From the NCBI RefSeq assembly GCF_001194135.2, contig NC_068987.1:56903381-56945923 (forward strand): a stretch of 42,543 bases of DNA, given 5' to 3'. Made by a program: the position numbers and the translations under genes. This document shows positions 1-13,100 of this stretch, one piece after another; the first letter of the stretch is position 1, and every line of letters starts with the position of its first letter. The stretch is from Octopus bimaculoides. Lineage: Eukaryota. The notes below the pieces were generated by a model. That model was not told the origin of the DNA. It searched no databases and worked only from the letters and a program-made list of their open reading frames with translations.

Positions 1-222
1 GACACCATTTCGAGCGTGGCCGTTTTCGTGCGGGTGACACGTAAAAGCACCCACTACACTCTCTGAGTGGTTGGCGTGAGGAAGGGCATCCAGCTGTAGA
101 AACTCTGCCAAATTAGACTGGAGCCTGGTGTTGCCATCCGGTTTCACCAGTCCTCAGTCAAATCGTCCAACCCATGCTAGCATGGAAAGCGGACGTTAAA
201 CGATGATGAGGATGATGATGAT
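1..222 (+). mobile_element. GAT-tailed retroposon (family A: RTE 3' end or RTE-dependent SINE)
   Basis: ggttggcg..aggaagggcatccagctgtagaaac...catgctagcatggaaagcggacgttaaac(gat)n; near-identical copies at 2584 and 4575. Confidence 0.85.
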
Positions 223-990
223 GTACAGCTATTATCATCTGGTATTTTGTTCTATAGCCACGGATCAAACAATATCTTATAAGTGAAATTGGTAGACAGA
301 GACTGAAAAAGTCTGCTCTGTGTGTGTGTGTGTGTGCCAGCCAGCCGAGGTGGGATATCTGTGATTGTGTGAATATTTCCCTTCATCTCTGTTCATGTGA
401 ACAGTATCGTTTGTTTGCAGTCCACTACAAAAGCATATTCTGGCTTCTTGATATGTTGTGCAATTTTTGTAAACAAAAGGCTCATTCAAACGGTGTCATT
501 TATTTCCAGTTCTCCATGTTATCAATTCCTCTTTGCTGTTTGATAGACTAGTAATTTATTAACTTGCTTGGAAACAGCTGAGGGCTGGAAGCAAGAAGGT
601 CAAGAAGGTCCCACTGTGTGGCATCTTATATAATTCTTTTATGTTATAACCCTGGATCAACTAAACCCTTGTGAGTGGATTTGGCAGATGGAAACTGAAA
701 GAAGCTAATATATACATACAGTTATGTGTATGCTGACATCACTTGATACTTGTCAATGAAGGTCACTGTCATAATCTTCCTTCTAGGTTGCTGACAGGAG
801 AGTTATCTGATGATAGAAAATTTGCTTCAACAAATTCCATCTGACCCATGCAGGCATGAAAAAGTGGACATTAAAATGATGATGATGAAATAATTTGACT
901 ATAATTTCTTTTAAATTTGATCCAGAATTGTTTGATGTGGAAAGGAATTTGTATATAGATGCAATTTGAAAAGCCTTTATATTTTCACAG

Positions 991-1123
991 GGAGAACGTT
1001 TAAAAGAAGCTACAAAAATCAATCTGTCTCTGTCTGCACTTGGTAATGTTATATCAGCTCTCGTTGATGGCAAAAGCTCCCATATTCCATACCGAGATTC
1101 CAAATTGACACGACTTTTACAAG
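991..1123 (+). CDS. KIF3B: KIF3B-like exon, motor domain ([44 protein letters not shown])
   Basis: Acceptor ttcacag at 990, donor gtaatc at 1124, canonical kinesin motor motifs. Confidence 0.96.
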
Positions 1124-4100
1124 GTAATCATATTTCCTTTCATTGCATTTCCATGTCACCTGATTTATTCATCCTCATCCACACTTTTCTGTCATGTCTT
1201 TCTTTAGTCAGTCACTAGAAAACTCCTGGAGTTCTTTTAAAATTAGCCTCACATCACTAGCCTCATACTAGTGGGTGCTGAAAAGTTCCTGGCTTTAAGG
1301 GTATCACAAAAGAACCTTCTGAGTTCTTTTACAGGGCTTAGAAAAACTGAAGCAGCTCTACAATAAGTGTGTGAATCTGAGAGGGAATATCTTCAATAAA
1401 ATCATAATTAACTGGTCTTCCTGTATTATCTTTTGCCCAAAGCCAGGAACTTTTCAGCACCTCCTCGTAAGCATTCTAAAAACTGACCCCTATTATTTTA
1501 AGCATTGGATAATCTTCCAATACAAAGAACATGTCCAGAATAATATCATGTAAATATTGGGTTAAAGAACCCTTTGCTCAGAAAATGTCAAAGATACTAA
1601 GAACAATTACTAACATTTTTTGATTTGAAATATAAGAAATTTTAATGACAACTGAACAGGCTGACACTGTAGCATTTTATAAAGAAGGCTACCATCCTGA
1701 CATATCATTGATCAGCTTTCAGAAACGTTTCTGAATATCAGAAACCACAAGCAATGAAGTTGTTGTCATTTCTCCTGTCAACAAATAATAGTCCCCTGGC
1801 TTCATGCCTACGAATATATTTGAAATAATAAGAGCTCCCTTTCTTGGAAAACAAGCATGAGTTAGCAACAGGAAGGGTATCCAACTGTAAAACAATGCCT
1901 CAATAATACATTCATCTAATCCATGCTATCATAGAAAAATGGACATAAAAACTAATGAATAAATTAATGCCATATGTTCTGCTATTTTCTTGCTATTTTA
2001 TAGATTCTCTGGGAGGAAATGCTCGCACTGTCATGGTTGCAAATATCGGCCCAGCTAGCTATAATTATGATGAATCCATTACAACACTGAGGTAAAGAAT
2101 TAGCTTTTTCATGATAATTTTTTTCATTTATCTTATTTTTCTTTATCTTAGAACTGTTTCACCGTGATAGTATAAAATAGCTACAAGAAACTAAAGGTAG
2201 AAGATAATAAAAAAGAAAATCTTTGTTTCTGTTGTTTAGATTTAAAATCTATGTCTTTAGGATGCTGAATCTCAGATCGCTTTTNNNNNNNNNNNNNNNN
2301 NNNNNNNNNNNNNNNNNNNNNNNNNNNNNNNNNNNNNNNNNNNNNNNNNNNNNNNNNNNNNNNNNNNNNNNNNNNNNNNNNNNNNNNNNNNNNNNNNNNN
2401 NNNNNNNNNNNNNNNNNNNNNNNNNNNNNNNNNNNNNNNNNNNNNNNNNNNNNNNNNNNNNNNNNNNNNNNNNNNNNNNNNNNNNNNNNNNNNNNNNNNN
2501 NNNNNNNNNNNNNNNNNNNNNNNNNNNNNNNNNNNNNNNNNNNNNNNNNNNNNNNNNNNNNNNNNNNNNNNNNNNNNNNNNNNAGCGTGGCCGTTTTCGT
2601 GCGGGTGACACGTAAAAGCACCCACTACACTCTCTGAGTGGTTGGCGTTAGGAAGGGCATCCAGCTGTAGAAACTCTGCCAAATTAGACTGGAGCCTGAT
2701 GTTGCCATCCGGTTTCACCAGTCCTCAGTCAAATCGTCCAACCCATGCTAGCATGGAAAGCGGACGTTAAACGATGATGATGATGATGAATAATGACTAA
2801 CCCATCATTTATTTCCTCAGATATGCTATCTAGAACTATATTATCCAAAACTTTCGTTCTGTTTTTTTTAAAACCTTATCGTCATTATCATAGCTTTAAA
2901 AGTGCATTGGGATTTCTTGTAATATTATTTGCATTGTTTGAATTAAGATAGCTGTTTCCTAATATATTAGGAGATGCAGGAAATTTTATTCCTGCTGATC
3001 CTTTAGTTAACTCCTATTCATATTAAACCTGAATGATATTTTTCATTTGTTTATGCTATTTTTCATTCTATTGCCAATAAATTAGAGGGGATGGTTAAAC
3101 TATTAATATCTTAAGTTATTTTGTTTATTTATCATTTACATGTTAGATGATGTGTGGAGGCACAATGGCCCAGTGGTAAGGGCAGCGGACTTGCGGTCAT
3201 AGGATCGCAGTTTCGATTCCCAGACCTGGCGTTGTGAGTGTTTATTGAGCGAAAACACCTAAAGCTCCACGAGGCTCCGACAGGGGATGGTGACGAACCC
3301 TGCTGTACTCTTTCACCACAACTTTCTCTCACTCTTACTTCCTGTTTTTGTTGTGCCTGTAATTCAAAGGGCCAGCCTTGTCATGCTGAATATCCCCGAG
3401 AACTACATTAAGAGTACACGTGTCTGTGGAATGCTCAACCACTTGCACGTTAATTTCACGAGCAGGCTGTTCCGTTGANNNNNNNNNNTTTATTGAGCGA
3501 AAACACCTAAAGCTCCACGAGGCTCCGACAGGGGATGGTGACGAACCCTGCTGTACTCTTTCACCACAACTTTCTCTCACTCTTACTTCCTGTTTTTGTT
3601 GTGCCTGTAATTCAAAGGGCCAGCCTTGTCATGCTGAATATCCCCGAGAACTACATTAAGAGTACACGTGTCTGTGGAATGCTCAACCACTTGCACGTTA
3701 ATTTCACGAGCAGGCTGTTCCGTTGATCGGATCAACTGGAACCCTCGACGCCGTAAGCGACGGAGTGCCAGCAAGCAAGTTAGATGATGTATAAGATTAA
3801 GGTATAATTTTCTTAGGGCAATTGTTTTTGTATTTGTTTGGAGTGGGGTTTTTTTTTCTTTTACTGTTGATATATTTTAAGACAGGGTGTCATTAGAAGA
3901 TGACTTGGCTGCTGCTACTTGTATTTTGAGCAAATACACATTGACTCTTATTAGCTCACAATAATCTTATTTTAAAAATGAGAGAGAGAGAGCAGATTAT
4001 TTTAATGACTGCTACTTACTCTTCTGGTCCCTATAATTTGATATCCTAGAATGGTCTAGATTAGAGGCAGACAATTTGGTTAAGTTTGATTCCTTAGTAC

Positions 4101-7100
4101 TGATACAGCTATTTATATATAAAGTGGTTACTTGTGATTGACAAAGGCTCCATATTTGGATGATATTTTATGGCATAGAAAGCTTCTGGACCACATTGAA
4201 ACAAGTGCTTAATAAACAATTTATTGACAGAACTATTAGCCCCTATTGTATGCTCTTTGTTTTTATCAACAGTATATGAAATTTCTATTAAAAAGATGCT
4301 ACTTTCTACTTAATAAGGGAAATGTATAAAAATTGTATAAAGTAAACTGTAAAATTATAGTTGTGCAGTTGAAGTTAGATGTGTGTAATATTATTCCTTA
4401 TTTCCTTTCCTCTCCAACACTTACAGATATGCAAACAGGGCCAAAAACATCAAGAACAAACCGAAGATTAATGAGGATCCTAAAGATGCTTTGTTACGTG
4501 AATTCCAAGAGGAAATTGCCAGGTTGGTACTCTGCAAGAATTGTAATATTTTAGGAATAATTATTTTGAGACAGTACCACCTGACTGGCCTTCGTGCCGG
4601 TGGCACATAAAAGCACCCACTACACTCTTGGAGTGGTTGGTGTTAGGAAGGGCATCCAGCTGTAGAAACTCTGCCAAATCAGATTGGAGCCTGGTGTAGC
4701 CATCTGGTTTCACCAGTCCTCAGTCAAATCGTCCAATCCATGCTAGCATGGAAAGCGGACGTTAAACGATGATGATGATGAGATCAGTGAAAATTCAGAG
4801 AGAGAGAGAATGTGTGTGTATGTGTGCATGTAGCCATCACCATCGTCACATTTACTTGTTCTATACTGACATGGGTTGCAGTTACACGAGACTTATACAG
4901 CCTGGTGCACTTTTCGTTATGTTCCCTTGTTTCCAAGTAAGATATTTATTACCTTGATCTTTTGTCTGATAAACTGCATGACAGCAGTCAACATAAACAT
5001 TGACACTGCTTAAATGGTGTCATAGATTTTTCAATTTAAGCACAAAAACAATATGATACAAACACATACATATGCACTTATGTACACACACACACAGCAG
5101 AAATAAATCAAACACTACTCACATCCAGAATATACCATTGCACTATGCCCCCTCCACTAAGCATGTGTTGCATTCAGCTCATGCCCTCACAGTTGTTCCA
5201 AATGCTGGGCCTCTCTATCAACTAAGATCTCTACTACAAAGTCACATCTGTTAAGGCCCACATCTAAGGACTAACTCTTCTCTTCTTAGCCCAACAACTG
5301 CAGACACTGTGCAAAGCTAAAGTGAAGACCACTATGTAGCACTACTACCACATCTAGGACTGTACTTCTACTGTGCACACAAACATCCTGGACTGCTTCC
5401 AGAAGAGAGCCAACTGATTGGCATTCAATCATCAACAGATATTTTCCAGCCTCTACCCACGCGTATGCTGTCACATGTCTTTGTCTTTTCTACCACTACT
5501 ACAATGGTGTCTGTTCTTTGTCATTGGTTGATCTAGCACCTTTGCCACTCAGGCACTCCTGATCTACTTATACCTTCACCCACCCAAACTTTCCCAACCC
5601 TATACTAACCACTATGACCAGATATTTTCTCCTCAGACTAACAATCTTCTGGAATCTTCTCTCTGCTCATATCTTTCTTGCAGAATGTTGACCTGTAACA
5701 TTATATAGTATCAACCTTTCTACTCTCAGAGAGCCTGCAAGGGTCATGGGCTCTAGACTCTGCAAATAAAAACAAAAAAGACAAATGCTTGATACTTAAG
5801 ATGGATTTTGTCCTCATAAGAGGCATTTTTTGTCACTAAATAGCATTATTTCTAACAACAAGTCTCTCTTCATGATTCCACAATTATGGAAATACACTTA
5901 TTTTCTCTGGTCTCCTATTTATAATAACTATAATCCACTGATGATGAGAAAGAAAATTCCAAAGTTTTCACACATCCACAATAAACTCAATCTGACCCAT
6001 ACAAGTGTGAAGTGGGCATTAAAAGGAGGAGGTGGGTGTAAAATGCCTGAAAACGTAAATGTCTTCTCTTTATTTCAGGTTAAAAGCTCACCTAGCTGCA
6101 CGAGGATCTCATGGCAAAAAGAAGTCAAAAAAACGATTGGACAGTAAGTTTATTAGTTCATTTCTCTTATCAGTTTTGAGAAGATTGTGCTTATAACAAT
6201 AAGAAACTTAGATCAATGTTGAATTTATACCTGAAATGTACAGATTAGAGCACAAATTCTGTATTTGTAGGAGAAATTAAAATAAATTGAATTGATCCCA
6301 GTGTGTAATTAATTTTTCTCAACCCTTCTTAGATTCATGGTAAAAATTGATGCTGCCATGATTTGAGCTGGAAAATCTCTATTTTTCTCTCTCTCTCCTT
6401 TTTTTAATCTTTAGGTGGCGAGGTAATGTCAGATGACGAGGAAGAAGAGGAAGAAGAAGCTGACAACAATGTGGATGCTGAGGTATATATGCAGGAACAG
6501 CAACAACGGCTTGAAGAGGAGAAAAAGGCCATTTTGGGGGACCAATCTTTAATAGCTGAGGTAAATAATGACTTTTCCATGATTTAAGTAAAATAGTATG
6601 CAAAGACACTATCAATATCATCATCATCATCATGAAATATGCAGAAATTGGAATAATGACTATCAATTTCTTATCTGAGTAAGATATGAAAGTGGGCTCA
6701 TGGGTGCTAGTACCACATAAAAAGCACCCATGCTGGTGCCATGTAAAAGCACTCTTGCCAGTGCTGCGTCGTAAAAGCAATTTTGGGAAGAAGGATGTCA
6801 GTTGACTGCATCAACTCCAGTACTAAACTGGTACCTTGTCTTCCATTCCTTTGACATTGATAAAGTTGACTTTGACAGGATTTATGCAGCTGGAATAAAT
6901 ACCACAAGGCATTTTCTTTGATGCTTTAACAATTCTGTCAGTTTGCTACCTTCAAATCATAATAATAATAGTTTCTAACCGGTCAACAGTTTTTGAGAGG
7001 AGATCATAGTTGATTGTATTGATCCCAGTTTTCAACTTTTAACTTGTTCTTTATTTTATCAACCCCAGGGTGATAAATGTTGAGGCTGATCTTGGCAGTA

Positions 7101-10100
7101 TTTGAACTCAGAACATAAATAAGTGGAGCAAATACTACAAGGATTTTTATTTGATGCTCTAACAATTTTGCCAGTTTCAAACCATAATAATAATAATACC
7201 AGGGTGACTTGGAAATGATTAAAAACTATACATAACCAAAACATCTGGAATTACATATATGCACAACATGCAAAAATATAACTTTAGATACTGCAGACGT
7301 GTATATTGTGTAGAACAGTTTCATTACAATAGAAACTCTAATGGAAAACAGGAACAATGCACATACTCAAGGAACATGGATCTGTGCTTAGTTGTGCATT
7401 GGAAACCTGTGATAGATATGAAAATAATAATAAATAATCCTTTCTACCATAGACACAAGGACTGAAATTTGGGGAAGGGGGATAGCTGATTACATCGACC
7501 CCATTACTCAACCGGTACTTATTTTATTGACCCCAGACGGATGAAAGGCAAAGTCGACCTCAATGGAATTTGAACTCAGAATGTAGCAGCAGATGAAATA
7601 CTGCTAAGCATTTCGTCTGGCATGCTAACAATTCTGCCAATAATATATAAAACTAGTTTTAAAAAACTCTTTGATGAAAATGTCTTATATTTAAAAAATA
7701 AAATCCTTTTGTTTAAATATTAATCTTCATTGATCTACAGGAAAAAGAAAAGCTGTTGTCAGAACTAAAGGAGAATGAATCTCGCTTATTGAAAGAAAAG
7801 GAAGCTAGAGATATGTTGGCATCTAAAATCAAGGTAACTGTTCATATATTGTAACTATTGCTGCTGTACTTCTGTATATTACTATATGTTCTACAATTCT
7901 CATAGGAGTGACAGCTTCAGTTTTGGCATAATCCAACTGATTTTCCTATACTCCATTACTTTTGAACTTCTGTAAAAATACAGATGCTTTGTGGTATATA
8001 TTAAGTCTGTCTCATAATCCATTAAATTTCATAGGGACATCACACTAAATACTTCAGCTTTATGTTGTGTATCAATGCTATGCATGAAACAATATGTCTA
8101 TTATTTCTTTGTCATTCATTTGTGTATTTGATTCCTTTTTTGTTCCTTGGTACCAAGGGTTGGGATGGGATGAGGCAGGATTTTTATAGCTGAAGGCTCT
8201 TCCCGCTGCCAACCCTTACCTGCTATCTTGCAGGGGGAATTCAGAAGTGTGGGGTTAGCTGACAATTTGTTGACAGGAAATGTCAATAAGCATCACCAGT
8301 GGCATCCTTGCCACAAATGGTGACATCACTACATAGCTCACCATAAATTACATATGAAGTCTTCTTTCAGTTTCCATTGTCTGTATCCACTCACAAGACA
8401 CTGGTTGAACCAGGGCTATAGTAAAGAGACACTTGCCCATGGTACTGTGCAGGGGGAACTGAACCTGAAGCAACATGGCTAAGAAGTGAACTTCTTTACA
8501 ACACAGCCATGCCTGTGCCTATATCACAATCTTACTGTTTCCTGTTTATGCTAAGAAAAACTGAATTTAAAATTATTGGTGTAGTTTGCTGTTGAAAAGC
8601 TTTCCAATACCAATTCTTTCTTCTGTGCTATGAAAAATAAGAATTAGCAAAACAATACTTTCGTATGTAGCAAGATTCCTATAAAAGTTGCTGCTTGGAA
8701 TAACCATTTAAATCATATAAGTTCTGTTTGTGTCAAAGATCTTTGGTTTGCTCATTTTTAAAGAGTTCTTCAGAACATGCGCTGTTTTTTAAGAAATTTA
8801 TTGTAGTGTATAAAAATGTAAATGTCTTCAAAGCCTAAAAATACACATAACAGAAGGCATTTAGCTCTTGTTTTAACCTTTTAACTGAATGTAAGTAGAA
8901 TGCTACCGTATCTTAGGAAATAGTTTTGGAATATTTGCTATCTATTCCTGAAACTCTAAATAACCCTGATGAATATGAAATTGAGTACATCAAAATACTT
9001 GCAGTGGAACTGAAATCAAAACCCCTGAACTGGTATTCCAGTATAATATCTACTTGATCTGCTTAACCTCTTTTTTTTTTTATATTTTATCTGTAGCTTT
9101 ACATGTAACTGTCATTGTTGTCCTAACATATTGTTATATGTGATCCCTAAATTTCTTGTATTGATATATTCAATGCATTTGATTTTCAGGCAATGGAGAG
9201 CAAGTTACTGATGGGTGGCAAAAACATTGTTGACCACACTAATGAACAACAGAGAGCCTTAGAGCAACGAAGGTCAGAAATTGCTGACCAGAAGGTAAAT
9301 CTTAATATGTAGCTTATCTATTTTACAAAATGTTTTTCTGTTTTACTTTTGTTTTTCACCCCAGATGGGATTTGTAAATTTTAGTTATATGCACATTGTT
9401 AGAGCAATTGTTTCTACATCTTGATGCCCTTTTTACTGTTTAGCTCTAAAATGAGAAGTAGAAATGTTGTCTGCTGTCATCTAAGTAATGGCTGTAGTTA
9501 GGGTTGAGCTCTCAATCATGAGATCAATTGCTCGACATCTTAATTTCGTAGCTACAGTATCATATGTTCTCGATGTCACCAGTTGATGTAATTCTCTTTG
9601 TTTATTGAAAAATTTCAACAGAGCCTACTTTCAACATTTTAGATATTGATTGAGTAAGAAATTTGATCATGGCTATCAGCTACAGCTCATGGGTTAAAAA
9701 AACCTATTTTGTTAGAAGAAATACTCTGATACTTTTAGATCTGATTACCTACCATTAGTGTTTATGAAAAGTTAGATGAAATAATAGTGCAGATATTATG
9801 ATTACATGAGTGTAATTATTATTGCATACCAAGTTTACCTTGCTGAAAATATTCGTAAGTACATATGTCCTGTACCAAAACAAAGTCATATATCAAGGAG
9901 AATGTTCTGCTTTGTGATACTTGCTACATGAAGTAGCTATATTTCTTCTGTCCTATTCAACCAAACAAAGTAATATTTCTTAAAACAAAAGGCAATTCTA
10001 GTTATTAGAATACAATGTGTATATGTTTCTCTCATAGAGACAATGGGCATGTGTACTTTATTACATTTTATATCTGGATTAGACAAAATATATTAAGACA

Positions 10101-13100
10101 GATTTCTATAGCCAGATGCCCTTCTTGTTGCCAAAAATTACTTGTTTCCTAGTAATGTAATATTTCTCCTTGTGCCTAGAGTAGAAAAGAATATAATATT
10201 TCTCCACAAATGGACACATTTATGCAGAAGATTGGGAATAATGACACTGTTTTATAACTATCACGCCATGTCAAGATAAGGAGACAAGAAGCACATTCAC
10301 ACACGGACACACTTATATACATATAAATAGGTTTCCTTCAGTTTCCATCTACCATATCTATTCACATGGCTTTGGTCAGCCCAGGACTATAGTAGAAGAC
10401 ACTAACCTAAGGTGCCATGCAGTAGGACTAAACCCCAAACCACATAACTGAGGATCAAACTTCTGTAATAATAAATGCAAAATTCTGTCTGTCCAGGACC
10501 CCTGTATCTCAGTCCACATTTGCTTTACATACCTTTTTTGGAATCGGGCTGATCCTGGGATTAACAATCTGACCTTCATTTGGTTCTTGGACATCAATCA
10601 TTGGGATCTGATTTACAAGCATCTGGCTTGCTACTTGTAGCAGGCAAAGCTTTGCTGGTTCACACCATCTTGGTTGGCATTTGTCAGATGATGTCAGAGA
10701 TCAAGGGAGAGATAAATGGCATTCGCTCCGGTAATTATACACCGAGATAAGAACTTTGGAACAAATTGGCCATCAGTTGGAATTCAACTTGGTACTGGAA
10801 CAATAGAATGGTTGCATTAAAGAATTAATTCTCATCTGTCCTTAACCTCTGACCAAAAACCACCAGGGCATATAGTCATTAGAGATGTATCATAGTCATG
10901 CTATTTAGCTCCCTTAGTTTTGGGACACAGCCCCAATTAGCTCTCCACAGGATCTACCTCAAAAGTCTGCACAAAGTGTTGCTTTTAAGCTAGTAACTGC
11001 ATAAAGAAAATACTTTGATATGTCAGTGTTGTTCTTAATTGTCTGTTTTTATTTCATTATAGCGTAAAGAAAGGGAGATGCAACAAAAATTGGATCAAAA
11101 AGAAGAAACAGCTCTAGAATTACAGGAGACCTATGCATCCCTGCAACAAGAGGTTGAAGTAAAAACAAAGAAATTAAAAAAAGTAATTATTTTGATGTCC
11201 ACTTCCCCATGTTTGCATGGGTCTAACAGAATTAGTTGAGGCATATTTTCTACTGCCAGATGTCCCTCTTATTGTCAACCCATACCTGTTTCCAAGTGAG
11301 ATAATAGAAACAAGATTGCTGCTTGTGTGACACTTGCTTTATAACAATCATGATATCAACACAAATGCACACTCATTTTATATCTAGATATATGTGTGTG
11401 TGTGTGTGTGTGACAGACATTTTTTGGTTTCCATCTACCGAATCTACACACGAGGTTTTGATTAATCCAGGATTATAGTAAAAGATATTTTCCCAAGATG
11501 TCATGCAGTGAGACTGAAACTGAAACCATGTAATTGGAAATTAAACTTCTTAACCACATAACTATGCCTCTACCATCTACATATATTGCAATGAATGAAG
11601 ATTCATTCATCGTTCTGGTTTCATTGTTTTACATATATATATATATACACACACACACGCACATATATGTATGTATATATATCTATTACAATGACCCTAG
11701 ACAGGATGAGGAATGAGGAGGTGCAAAGGCAAGCAGGACTGAGAGAAAAACTAACAGCCAAAATGGATAGACAAATGTTGAGGTGGTTTGGCCACATGAA
11801 GAGGATGGATGTAAGGAGGGTGATGAAGGCGAAAGTGGTTGGCAGCAGAACCAGAGGCAGACCTCGATTTGTGTGGATGGATGGAGTGAGGAAAGCTTTG
11901 GTAGTTAGAAATGTTGGAGAGAGAGAGGCAAGAGATTTTATAAATGATAGGAAAGCTTGGAGAGCGTTTGTGGACAGTTGAGTGAATTTATGTTGCTTAA
12001 AGGGGTACAGAATCAGCATGATGCGGCAGGGGTAAACCAGCATATGCTGTCGGGCCCTGCTGCTGATTTGGGGGTTGCATTTTATGCCTTGACCCAAGCA
12101 TAGGACAGGACTCGCCTCTTTGAGCTGGAAAATGAATGGAATGCCTGGTGTGTGTCTTGTTGTGGCTACCCCCTCCCTAAAAAAAATGGGGAATAGGCCT
12201 GGATATATGTGTGTATGTATTACAATGAAACCTGAAATTTCCCATTACAGTTCATTTCATTGATCCAGTTACTTAATTATTCATTCAATTTCAATTAAGT
12301 CTGTCCTCCCATTTGTAATTGTTCATCAATCTCATTCACTTTATTCAACTCAGTTTCTCCACCTCTATGCTTATGTCTCAACTTATCTGTTTAACTCAAA
12401 TACACTTCTACCTCACTCATAATTTTCCTATCTTTTAACCAACAATTGTATGTCTTTCCCTCTCAACATTTTCAGTTGTTTTCCAAGTTACAATCCACAA
12501 AGCAAGAAATTCAAGACTTACAGGAAGAACACGTTAAGGAGAGACAGGAACTGGAGCAGACACAGATGCAGCTGACGCGGGAACTAAAACTCAAGTATGA
12601 GCACTTGATATTTCTCTTTTTCACTCTTCCAATTCTGCTGCCATTTTTCTTTTTGTCTTCTTCCCTTCTCTCTACAACATCAGTGTGCCAACAATGATGT
12701 TAGTGTCCAGCCATTCAGGGATTTTTGGCATTTAACGAAATTTAAACTATGGGTGCATAACCATGTGAAGGTTAAGATGTTTGTTTCTCAACTACAAAGT
12801 CCTTTAAATTCAATCTTATGTATAGTACCTTGGTACATATCTTCTGCCAAATTTTCGCTTTGAACCAATAATCCAATGTTGTCATCATTGTTTTAACATC
12901 CACTTTTCCATGCTTGCATGGGTTAGAGACTTGTCAGGTCAGGCATCTCATCACAAGCTGATGAAACCTGCAACTGGTACCATGTAAATCAGTACTACCT
13001 GTTCCAGGGTTGAGTCGTCTGCAACTAAACCAGCTACCCCACTTGGGTAGCTTGCTGTTCTTGTGAGGAAGGTGTCTGGACACCCCGCAGGACTAAAAGC

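Noticed and set aside
3154-3235. tRNA genes (also the heads at 15255, 15690, 19729 and 42329)
   Set aside because: A/B boxes are present but I could not form a complete cloverleaf, and each continues into a SINE body
3241-3726. 238-bp direct duplication inside a SINE
   Set aside because: The two copies look identical and are separated by a 10-N placeholder gap, which is typical of unmerged contig overlap
9490-9720. Mariner-like HTH wording ([10 protein letters not shown])
   Set aside because: Too short and degenerate to support
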